This document shows, one piece after another, positions 25,800 through 33,989 of a stretch of DNA of 33,989 nucleotides. The stretch is taken from the IMG/VR virus record IMGVR_UViG_3300038608_000037, positions 1 to 33,989 of that record, one strand, 5' to 3'. The DNA is from a virus (taxonomy: Duplodnaviria; Caudoviricetes). Both the position numbers and the translations under genes were made by a program. How positions within the stretch are numbered: the first letter of the stretch is position 1; every line of letters starts with the position of its first letter. The notes below the pieces were generated by a model. That model saw only the letters and a program-made list of their open reading frames with translations, was not told the origin of the DNA and ran no database searches.

Positions 25800-26384
25800 T
25801 TATTTCCTCAATTGACTTTGTAAAAGCTTAATTAATAATGGCAATCCTGTAGCCACACCACCCGCAGCCGCTCCAGCACCGCCAGTTGCACCACCAAGTA
25901 ATAAAGGCAATAAATAAGGTAATGCCTGACCCAAGCCTTGTAATATTGGCCCTCCGGCTGACTCAGCAAATCCAGGTTGTCTTGGCTCATATGCATTTTC
26001 AAATTGTGGAGTTAAACCCAATTGTAATAAGTTTTGTAAAAAGCCTTGCTGCTGACCTTGTTGTTGTAATCCAACTTGTGATCTTAGCGCGGCTAGTGAT
26101 TCTTCTAATCCGGCACCAGCCGATGCTAAAGCCGGCGCAAAATTACTTGATCTTGGTCCACTTCCCATAGCCGTGAATCTTTCAGCTATAGAAGGTAATG
26201 TATTAGTTTGAAACTGATTTCTGGCTCGCTGCTCAATAGGAGCAAAATCAAATGGCTGCTGATTTTGTAAACCAGATGTCGCTTGTCCTAGTATTTTATT
26301 AAGAGCCGTTTGTTGTTGTGGAGTAAATCTTTGAAATTGTTGTGTTTGTGGCGCAGTACCACCTAAGAAATCTAAAAAGGCCAT
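25800..26384 (-). CDS. Putative small ejection protein (start MAFLDFLG)
   Basis: AAGGA RBS before ATG 26384. Gln/Gly/Ala-rich with a hydrophobic C-terminus. Confidence 0.6.
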   Translation of the reverse strand: MAFLDFLGGTAPQTQQFQRFTPQQQTALNKILGQATSGLQNQQPFDFAPIEQRARNQFQTNTLPSIAERFTAMGSGPRSSNFAPALASAGAGLEESLAALRSQVGLQQQGQQQGFLQNLLQLGLTPQFENAYEPRQPGFAESAGGPILQGLGQALPYLLPLLLGGATGGAGAAAGGVATGLPLLIKLLQSQLRK

Positions 26385-26667
26385 AATTTTCCTTCTACTT
26401 TTTCTATAAGCGTAATGCTTGCTGATAAATTTTGCTAATTTATGTATATCGAACCATATGTACAAAAATCAGTTTGGAATAAACTTTTTTTATTAATTTA
26501 AAACCATGGGTAAGTATTTCATGTCACGAATGAGTACATTATGCGCTTAAAGACAATAAAACAGTAAAAAACAATTGTAATTAATGGTATTTTTGTTAAT
26601 ATTTATCAGCTTCTTTACTACTCCATAGGAAAAGGTCGATATAATCCCGACCTTTCTACTTATTATT

Positions 26668-26697
26668 AAAAAAAGTCGCTTTTTTAAGGCGACTTTG
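26668..26697 (-). terminator. Intrinsic terminator
   Basis: AAAGUCGC-CUUAAAAAA-GCGACUUU followed by a U tract. Confidence 0.55.
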
Positions 26698-26750
26698 CAA
26701 AGTTATGTACTCAGCCAAGTATTGATGAGTTCTTTTATTATATCATATTT

Positions 26751-27290
26751 TTAAAAAGTTAAATACTCTAAGACAACATAACAAATATTATAATTAGTTC
26801 TATCGCTTGCAGTAGTTATTATCACATTTGTAGCATCAACATTTAACTCTATGTTTGAAGCACCAGCTGCACTACTATATGGAATTGGGATATAATTAAA
26901 TCCTGTTGTATCGGATGCTGTAGCATAAATACGTGTAAATGTTACACCAGCATTAATAGTTAAACCATGAGCCACTGATTTTGCGGCAGTATTAGGTAAC
27001 TGGCCAAAATTGATGACCAACCGCCAGACTTGCCTAAATCCAGGGTCTAAGGGTGTAGAAGAATTATACGCCGGATTTGGAAAGAACAACTGACCGTTCA
27101 CAAATTCTTGATCTAAATAGTATCCTGTATCCTTTAAATTTAGTGCGGTAGATATATTGTTTATATTTTGATACAACCGTACCAATAATTCTTTAAACTG
27201 CGGACTAGTGACATCTACATCGTAAAGCTGTTGCACATCCCAGACATTAGTAGTTGGTACAAATAAGCCGCTAGATATTTGATTAGCCAT
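26751..27290 (-). CDS. Putative tail structural protein
   Basis: 179 aa with a beta-rich C-terminus ending VVLEYLTF. Coupled to the nozzle gene. Confidence 0.65.
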   Translation of the reverse strand: MANQISSGLFVPTTNVWDVQQLYDVDVTSPQFKELLVRLYQNINNISTALNLKDTGYYLDQEFVNGQLFFPNPAYNSSTPLDPGFRQVWRLVINFGQLPNTAAKSVAHGLTINAGVTFTRIYATASDTTGFNYIPIPYSSAAGASNIELNVDATNVIITTASDRTNYNICYVVLEYLTF

Positions 27291-27291
27291 A

Positions 27292-29568
27292 TTATCCCAA
27301 TCTTCCTGTAGGGTTAGTATATAATATCATGCCTTCTAATTGAAAATCCTCAAATGCAACAAATGGATTTGATATTTGATCAAAGCTTAAATAAAAATAT
27401 AACTGAATACATTCACCATAAGACTGAAAATAAATAGAATGCCATAGCCTTTCTTGTTGCTGTTCGAGTGGGTAATATATTGGATCATATGGGGAAGTTT
27501 CTAAAATATTATTACCCAAAATAGAGCCACTAGATTGACCTGCGGTTACCATAGATAGATTTGTAGCAGATGGATAATAATCAACTGTTATTTGTCCATT
27601 AACAGTCTTTTTAATACCAAAATCAACTTTACCAATAGTGACATCATTTCCTTGTTTAATATACGGATTAAACTGTTTGGTTAATATTTGAATATTGGAA
27701 ACTCGCGCTGCTGTTCCGCCGCCAGTATAGGTTCCTGTATAGGCGCTAAATGATAGATTTGTTAATACATTATTTAAATCTACCACATCAAGTATCTGCA
27801 CTATTTCTGGCGTAAAATCAGAAAATCCTTGTGCATTCTCTATATAAATAAAATCACCTTCACTTAGATTATGATTTATAATCGTAAGATTAAAATTACT
27901 AAAAGTCGAAAGTGTCATATCGGTGATTTGTAATACTGGAGCATTTCGAGATACATCAGGAGAAATAATAAATGTATATCCTTCTTGATTACCCGCAACT
28001 ACCTGTCTAAATTGCGCTTGTACAACACCAGAAAGCCAATTAAAGTTTGCCTCACCCCAAGAAATATTAGCCGTTGCCCATGTGGTATCTAATTGCTGTT
28101 CATAATAACCCCAACAAGTTATTGAATCTATATTTATCGCCCAAGATCCATTTTTATAATTATAAACCAATACCCTATCTGGATAATTCTGGGTATCAGA
28201 TTCTATATTATAAGTCCAATAAACCATTTCGGTAAAATAATCACGTATGCCGGCTACACGAGCGGTATTTGTACTTTTATCTTGCACTTCAAATACTTGA
28301 TTTGGAATATTATTATCTATTCTTTCTACATTTGAACCATTACAAGCATGTACACCCGTATTACCAATAGTTAGCACAACCTTGTCGAATGGTACTGTTG
28401 AAAAAGTAGATTCTGATCCAAGTTCGGTATTAATTTTTTGCCATACAAATGGTTCAACTTGATTTCCGGTATATACTAATTCCCAAGTGCTTCTATCAAA
28501 ATAAACAATTAATCTATCCTTAATAAATTCTGCACTTACTATAGCTTCCTCAGTAGTAGCATCTGTAAATCCACCACCCGCTGCCACATTTCCTAAAGAA
28601 TCTGTTTGTCCACGCTCATACCATGCATTTGCAGCAAACGGGGAACCAACGAAAGAATATCTACAACGGTTCACAAAAGCCTGATTAGCAGATACGCCAT
28701 CGTATTCGATAGTGTTTAAAAGAATTAATCTATTTTTAAATGGCAAAATTATGCGAGCTGTTTGTACAAATGGGCCCGATGTTGGCACACCACCTGCAGG
28801 TAAAAAGTAAGGTGTAAATATAGTCCATGTAGTACCATCATAATACCACATTGGATCTTGTGTTGCTGGTGGCGCCCCTGCACTTGAATTAAAATTAGTA
28901 ACAAAAAAAATAGTGACATCGGCAGTAGTACCACGCCAATTAGTCGTCCAGAAAAAATCTAAGTCTGTACCTTTAAATATTGGATCAAATGGAGATATAC
29001 CACTTGATGATCTTTGCCATCCAGTTGACGGAAAATATTGATAAACAAATTGTGTATCAAAACCAAAAAGAGGTTGATTATTAATTGCTCCAACTTCATA
29101 ATTTGCGAGTCCCATTACTGGCAATGCAGGATAGAAATAAACTGGAGTTGTGGCAGCTGCGCCTACAAAATTATAAGCACCATTAGTTGTACTATATGTT
29201 GCTGTTACCGTAGTACCGGTTTTTAACATTGGCTGGACCGCACCAGCTGTAGTAACAGTAAATATTTCTGTTCCAATTGAAAATAATTGTCCAACAGAAA
29301 ATATAGTTCCGGGAACTGTCCCAGACGCAGCACCAGCGCCGTCAGTGTTTCCCAAATTTATTCTTAAACGCGAAAGTAATTGACTAGTAGGCGCTTCATC
29401 TCCAGTACCCGGTCCCATTAAAACTGATCCAAATCGCTTTCTTACCCTTCCCCTAAAAACATAAGCATTAATTAATTCTTCAAAGGCATCGTCCGGAATT
29501 AACCATGGACGAAGGTCAGTTCTTAAACCAGAGCTATAAGGCGCAATAAGAAAGCGATCAAAAGGCAT
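27292..29568 (-). CDS. Putative tail nozzle / tubular protein B (P22 gp10-like position)
   Basis: 758 aa, beta-propeller-like repeats, N-terminal LIN....GRVRKRFG. Follows the adaptor. Confidence 0.65.
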   Translation of the reverse strand: MPFDRFLIAPYSSGLRTDLRPWLIPDDAFEELINAYVFRGRVRKRFGSVLMGPGTGDEAPTSQLLSRLRINLGNTDGAGAASGTVPGTIFSVGQLFSIGTEIFTVTTAGAVQPMLKTGTTVTATYSTTNGAYNFVGAAATTPVYFYPALPVMGLANYEVGAINNQPLFGFDTQFVYQYFPSTGWQRSSSGISPFDPIFKGTDLDFFWTTNWRGTTADVTIFFVTNFNSSAGAPPATQDPMWYYDGTTWTIFTPYFLPAGGVPTSGPFVQTARIILPFKNRLILLNTIEYDGVSANQAFVNRCRYSFVGSPFAANAWYERGQTDSLGNVAAGGGFTDATTEEAIVSAEFIKDRLIVYFDRSTWELVYTGNQVEPFVWQKINTELGSESTFSTVPFDKVVLTIGNTGVHACNGSNVERIDNNIPNQVFEVQDKSTNTARVAGIRDYFTEMVYWTYNIESDTQNYPDRVLVYNYKNGSWAINIDSITCWGYYEQQLDTTWATANISWGEANFNWLSGVVQAQFRQVVAGNQEGYTFIISPDVSRNAPVLQITDMTLSTFSNFNLTIINHNLSEGDFIYIENAQGFSDFTPEIVQILDVVDLNNVLTNLSFSAYTGTYTGGGTAARVSNIQILTKQFNPYIKQGNDVTIGKVDFGIKKTVNGQITVDYYPSATNLSMVTAGQSSGSILGNNILETSPYDPIYYPLEQQQERLWHSIYFQSYGECIQLYFYLSFDQISNPFVAFEDFQLEGMILYTNPTGRLG

Positions 29569-29569
29569 T

Positions 29570-30151
29570 TTAAACTCCTATAGCGAAATAATAACCCTGA
29601 GCTGGATTGGAATTTGAAGTTATAATAAATTGCAAATTAGTTAAATTTGTAACACTAAATGTTTGAAGTGATGCTGAAACTCCCGTTACTTGCACATTAT
29701 AACATACAGTAAAAGCTGGATTTGAGGCAGAAACATCAAATATAACCGGTAATCCTGAATTAACTGAAAATGTACCCCATTTTAATAAAATACCAGATGG
29801 CAATCTTGTCCAACCCGGTGAGGTATAATTAGATCCACTAATAACATACCCATTAGCACCATTTAATGGCGCGGGTGCTGTTGTGCCATTTTGTTTAATA
29901 AAAAACAATTCTGGTTGGTTTGTTAAAGTTGAAGTATTGCAATAGAGTCCCGTTTCATTGGCTATAGTTGTTGGTGGAGTGGCGTTTTGATTCGGCATCT
30001 CAACAAACGCATGCTTACCTTCACCACCAGCATTAAAATTCACATGGTTTAAATTAAATGCAGTAGCTATTGAAGCAAAGTTAGCTAGAATTTGTGGTTG
30101 AGACACAGATAGATTATCGGTAGACTGAGGGATGTTATTATTATAGGGCAT
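29570..30151 (-). CDS. Tail fibre-like protein with a gp53-like C-terminal domain
   Basis: GWTRLPSGILLKWG...F...YYFAIGV. Confidence 0.7.
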   Translation of the reverse strand: MPYNNNIPQSTDNLSVSQPQILANFASIATAFNLNHVNFNAGGEGKHAFVEMPNQNATPPTTIANETGLYCNTSTLTNQPELFFIKQNGTTAPAPLNGANGYVISGSNYTSPGWTRLPSGILLKWGTFSVNSGLPVIFDVSASNPAFTVCYNVQVTGVSASLQTFSVTNLTNLQFIITSNSNPAQGYYFAIGV

Positions 30152-30458
30152 TGTTAACCTCTTTAATTATATTTTTTAATGTGTCTACAATTTTCCACAA
30201 AAAGCTATTTTTTCTTGAATATAATAGTTCTTTCTTGGGTTTTAAATCATTAAGTAATGGTTCAAAATCTATCTTAACTATATTTTTTTCTATAAGAGTA
30301 CATAGATGCTTAGATTGATTTTCTTTCTTGAGTATACGAGATGCATTACGCTTTTCTCTGAAACAAGATCTACAAATCTTTCTAAAACGCTTTGCATCCT
30401 TTTTAACACAATTTGTGCCATTTAATTCACAATTACATTTATTACAAAGTCTGATCAT
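30141..30458 (-). CDS. Hypothetical Zn-finger-like protein
   Basis: CNKC...CRSC motif. Confidence 0.6.
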   Translation of the reverse strand: MIRLCNKCNCELNGTNCVKKDAKRFRKICRSCFREKRNASRILKKENQSKHLCTLIEKNIVKIDFEPLLNDLKPKKELLYSRKNSFLWKIVDTLKNIIKEVNNAL

Positions 30459-30459
30459 A

Positions 30460-30846
30460 TTAGGAACCTTTTCTGTGATTATCTAAATAGCTGCTTATTA
30501 CATGGCATTTAAATGCATCACCTTCGTTATATATTCCTATATTTAAAATTTCTACACAAATATTTTTACAATCAAGGCAATCATATTCTATTGTGGTTCC
30601 ATTTTTTATCAACCGATCATTTTTTAACAATATTCCAATTTCTATGCAATGCTCATATTTACACTTTCTGCTTCCATTTATTTCTATAAAATTATCCGGA
30701 ATCACATCGCCAAATATGGAACTCAGATCTTTTTTTTCATAGGAAACATTAAGTTTATCAAGCTGTGTAATATCGAATCCTATTCCATCCTCATATTTAT
30801 GTAAGCGAAATAAAACAACATCGAACTTTTTATTATTATTTTCCAT
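30460..30846 (-). CDS. Hypothetical protein, paralog of 30848-31249 (start MENNNKK)
   Basis: Shared MENNN...DG..FD..QLD...V.YEK...C..H...C..C. Confidence 0.65.
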   Translation of the reverse strand: MENNNKKFDVVLFRLHKYEDGIGFDITQLDKLNVSYEKKDLSSIFGDVIPDNFIEINGSRKCKYEHCIEIGILLKNDRLIKNGTTIEYDCLDCKNICVEILNIGIYNEGDAFKCHVISSYLDNHRKGS

Positions 30847-30847
30847 A

Positions 30848-31249
30848 TCAATATTTCTCTTGTGAATCATATGGGCCATTATCAATGTAAAGCATTCTCA
30901 TTTCACACATATATATTTTTGCATACTCAAATACTCCAAAAGCGGCTATACGAGAAGTAATATCTAAACATTTGAAACAATTACCTTTTTTAGTTAAATG
31001 CAAAGTTTTTAATATATCTCCTTCCATTAGCAATGTTATATCTACTATGTGGCCCTCACTGCATTTTTTAACCCCAATTACTTCATAAAAATCACCATTT
31101 AATTTATTACCCATCGAATCTTCATCAGTTTTAAGTTTTTCGTACCTAACATCAAACTCATCCAATTGTGAGAGGTCAAATTCTAGACCATCGATATAAT
31201 TATATTTACGAATAAATATCCCGCGGTTTTTTGCATTATTATTTTCCAT
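30848..31249 (-). CDS. Hypothetical protein, paralog of 30460-30846
   Basis: Shared motif pattern. AAGGGA RBS. Confidence 0.65.
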   Translation of the reverse strand: MENNNAKNRGIFIRKYNYIDGLEFDLSQLDEFDVRYEKLKTDEDSMGNKLNGDFYEVIGVKKCSEGHIVDITLLMEGDILKTLHLTKKGNCFKCLDITSRIAAFGVFEYAKIYMCEMRMLYIDNGPYDSQEKY

Positions 31250-31273
31250 AATTATATATCCCTTAAATAAATC

Positions 31274-32434
31274 TTATGCTTGACCGTTACCCCAGCCCCA
31301 TCCGCCAAAACCTGATCCAAATGCAGTTTGTTCGGTGTAAATAGTTGCTGTGCGCTCATTGGTATATTGTACAATAGTTCTGCGTAAACATAATGCTTCT
31401 TGTTTTTTATACTCAGGCAATATTAATGCCACACTATCTAAATCCATGCGATCTTCAAATATTTTCTTGGCAGCACCATACGCTATATATTGCCAAAGCT
31501 CCTCTAAATCTGGTGACTGATCTGTCTCCATTAAATAGGTCGGTCTAACATACGCTTCAAAATTAATTTGATACGGTTGGTCTGGAACCGGTCTCACAAT
31601 AAACTTATTATTATAATAGAGTAGCGACTGTGGCAGAGATACTATTTGTAATACAGTTTGAGAATTTATTGAAAATCCAGCTTCTGGTGCTATTGGAAAT
31701 GTTATTACAAATTGTCCTGTTACATAATTTATATAGTTAGATGGATTTACGCCAACTGGAAGCGTGGGGGGTGTATTATAATTGGTAATTAATGGTGGAG
31801 TGGTAGGCTGGGTGCCGGGAATATAGAGGTTACCCCACACAGTTTGATTACCCGTATTGCCATCAAGACATGGCACATCGACTAATTGTAAGCCATTGCC
31901 ATTTATATCTACTGAGTCAAAAAGCACTTGGCCCTTAACAAAACAAGATCCTTGTTGTACCCCCAGTGTTATACTTTGCACAAGGCCCTGTGTAACAATG
32001 GTGCCACTAAAGTTTACTTGCACGCCATCGCCTGTTACCCCAATCGATTGTATACTATTTACTTTGGGGTACACACCAAAAAACTGTTCGCGTGATTGGG
32101 TATAAAAAGCTGGGAATCCTGCAATATAAACAGGTGGATGAACACTTATGTGAGTATTTTGAAAATTGTATAGCGGGTTTTGGCTAGCGTTCGTGGCGGC
32201 ACCAAAAGAAGCTATATCGGTCGGATATTCATCTTGATACGGATTGCACCAAAAGTTAAATGTGGTTCTTTGTTTAAAGGTCCTTAAATGTTCAGGAAAA
32301 TCATAAACAATAAATGTGTTTATATACTCATTTAAATCGTCATCAGACAACATTGCTTGCGATGGGCTTCTAGTTAATCGCCGTACTTTAATTTGGATAT
32401 TTTCTAACGTACTTCCTGGAGGATTAATAGGCAT
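31274..32434 (-). CDS. Putative head-tail adaptor / tubular protein A
   Basis: TLENIQIKVRRLT...LNEYIN and VRPVPDQPY...YIAYGAAKKIF patterns of podoviral adaptors. Confidence 0.65.
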   Translation of the reverse strand: MPINPPGSTLENIQIKVRRLTRSPSQAMLSDDDLNEYINTFIVYDFPEHLRTFKQRTTFNFWCNPYQDEYPTDIASFGAATNASQNPLYNFQNTHISVHPPVYIAGFPAFYTQSREQFFGVYPKVNSIQSIGVTGDGVQVNFSGTIVTQGLVQSITLGVQQGSCFVKGQVLFDSVDINGNGLQLVDVPCLDGNTGNQTVWGNLYIPGTQPTTPPLITNYNTPPTLPVGVNPSNYINYVTGQFVITFPIAPEAGFSINSQTVLQIVSLPQSLLYYNNKFIVRPVPDQPYQINFEAYVRPTYLMETDQSPDLEELWQYIAYGAAKKIFEDRMDLDSVALILPEYKKQEALCLRRTIVQYTNERTATIYTEQTAFGSGFGGWGWGNGQA

Positions 32435-32442
32435 ATTTTCTC

Positions 32443-32811
32443 CTAAGTTGCTCTATATGGCAACACGTTTTGAGTTGCGGCCGACAGCATATCGTTAACT
32501 TCTCCTATGGGAACCGACTGAGCATCCTGATATCCATTATCGGCAGTTGGCAAAATAAATACATCATAATTAGTTGTGTCTATAGGAATAGTAAATGTAG
32601 TATTACTCGTTACGGTTATCGGACCAAATTGTTGATTAAGTTGCTGTATACCCAATCCTGGTGGTACATCTATTCTTACTATTAATCCACTTACATATTG
32701 ATGATTAAAAGTCGTAGTAATAGTTACAGGAAATGAATTCGTAATAGCCGCTATGACACGCATAGCGGGTTGATATACCGGAAAACGCTGGGCGTATGAT
32801 GGTATATACAT
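32443..32811 (-). CDS. Small virion protein with an E1-FCCH-like beta domain
   Basis: AITNSFPVTITTTFNHQY..G..VRI....G..QLN...TFTIPIDTT. Confidence 0.6.
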   Translation of the reverse strand: MYIPSYAQRFPVYQPAMRVIAAITNSFPVTITTTFNHQYVSGLIVRIDVPPGLGIQQLNQQFGPITVTSNTTFTIPIDTTNYDVFILPTADNGYQDAQSVPIGEVNDMLSAATQNVLPYRAT

Positions 32812-32813
32812 AA

Positions 32814-33209
32814 TTAGTGTCCTGGATATTCTACTGTTACAAGCGGTTTGCCGGTTGGAGTTAAATCATCGACATCAACAAATTCAAGGCTTTGGAAGCT
32901 GCATCTTCTTACTTTCTGACCAATTCTTGCTATAGGTTTTCCATCAGCATCAACTGCATAATGATGTAGTGGATACCAGCAGTTCTTATTAAGATGCTTG
33001 GCTACTCCAAGTGGTAAAGTATAGATTTCACCATCAACAAGGGTATATGTTTCTACTTCATCACCCTTATAATATTTATAGCAAAATTGCATTTGGCCAC
33101 CCGGTACTTCATGGAATCTAAATATCCCCTTTACTGGTTCACGGTCTTTATCACGCTGCATTCTCATTGTTGGAGCAGGTTTTTTATCTGTGTTTAGAGT
33201 TACTGACAT
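32814..33209 (-). CDS. Hypothetical phage protein
   Basis: 131 aa, AAGGAG RBS. Confidence 0.7.
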   Translation of the reverse strand: MSVTLNTDKKPAPTMRMQRDKDREPVKGIFRFHEVPGGQMQFCYKYYKGDEVETYTLVDGEIYTLPLGVAKHLNKNCWYPLHHYAVDADGKPIARIGQKVRRCSFQSLEFVDVDDLTPTGKPLVTVEYPGH

Positions 33210-33222
33210 ATTTTCTCCTTCA

Positions 33223-33247
33223 TATGGGTGTCATTTTGACACCCATA
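33223..33247. promoter_or_regulatory. Intercistronic 11-bp hairpin
   Basis: TATGGGTGTCA-TTT-TGACACCCATA directly before an RBS, with no U tract. Confidence 0.5.
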
Positions 33248-33272
33248 ACATCAAGTATACATTTATATAAAA

Positions 33273-33882
33273 TTACGAACCGCCGTAAGTCGATTTACCA
33301 GCTTTCCAGTATACAACATCGTTAGCGACACCACCTGGCAACAATGCACCAGCAGCTAAGGTCATTCCCAAAAATCCTGTATTAACTGTTGAGTCAGCTA
33401 AAATACCAGTATTGGTATTATAGATCTGTAACCCACCAATAGTAGGAACTTGTGCTCCAAGAACAGTTAAGGATGTAGCAGTATCTTCACCAAAAGGAGT
33501 AACTTCTGGGAAAGAACTTGGTTGTTGAGCAATAGTTGGATAGGTAAATGCTGTATAAGTTGTTGTATCTATATTTATGGTAAAGTTATAATCATCAACT
33601 ACAGTAAGCACTATCGCACTTTGATTACTTCCTTGTGGGAAATAATTATTTAATGGTTGTGGATTCAATTGAATCATGCCGGAAACGTCAGGTATGTTAA
33701 AACGTACTTCTTGCCCTGGGGTTAATCCATGAGGAATTGAAGTACCTACTTGAGCATTTACTGCTTGGGTAATGTTAACAATATTTCGTTTTCTTGGATA
33801 AAACAAAGGATTATATTGAATTATTCTATAGAATCCAGCTCCGCCAATTGCTCCAGGAGCAGTTGCTAATGGATTTGATGCA
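33273..33882 (-). CDS. C-terminal part of the junction-spanning 354-aa virion protein (FCCH-like domain)
   Basis: NITQAVNAQVGTSIPHGLTPGQEVRF...GMIQLN...FTINIDTT. In frame with 455..1. Confidence 0.8.
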
Positions 33883-33989
33883 GTTAATAAAGTAAAACTA
33901 GTATTAGCCACAACTGCACCAACAACAAAATCAATACCATTAATATCTGTCTGAGCAGTATTACTTAATCTTACAATTGTACCAACCGA
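33883..33989. repeat. Terminal direct repeat, right copy
   Basis: Identical to 1-107. Confidence 0.95.

Noticed and set aside
18928-32685. Plus-strand ORFs 18928, 19549, 21671, 22486, 22529, 23949, 24537, 25886, 29038, 31857, 32316, 32470
   Set aside because: Antisense shadows produced by the codon bias of Gly/Thr/Ala-rich structural genes.

Overview
The window is an apparently complete, circularly assembled, AT-rich tailed-phage genome of 33,882 bp; positions 1-107 are identical to 33883-33989. It has a podovirus-like layout, almost all on the minus strand: terminase, portal, probable scaffold, N4-gp56-like major capsid, adaptor/nozzle, ejection proteins and a block of paralogous tail fibre-like genes. 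A small early region holds an HTH replication initiator, an ERF recombinase and an RHH-like regulator. No integrase, DNA polymerase, endolysin, canonical tRNA or CRISPR array was recognised. The main interest is non-coding RNA architecture. (1) The major capsid gene is split into three exons by a 251-nt group I intron and, 50 nt upstream, a 38-nt core-less 'mini-intron'. The mini-intron has its own P1 U-G splice site, P10 and terminal G, plus a 12-bp tether to the exon next to the ribozyme, which suggests one ribozyme splices both. (2) An orphan IS200/IS605 TnpB-type omegaRNA-like unit has a predicted guide that matches the phage's own rep-upstream region, yet the genome has no tnpB. (3) Two tandem tRNA-like cloverleaves have expanded anticodon arms. 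(4) Three tandem covarying pseudoknot-like units lie in the capsid leader. (5) Group I core-like fragments are embedded in an accessory ORF. All protein family calls come from motif recognition by eye and need HMM confirmation.
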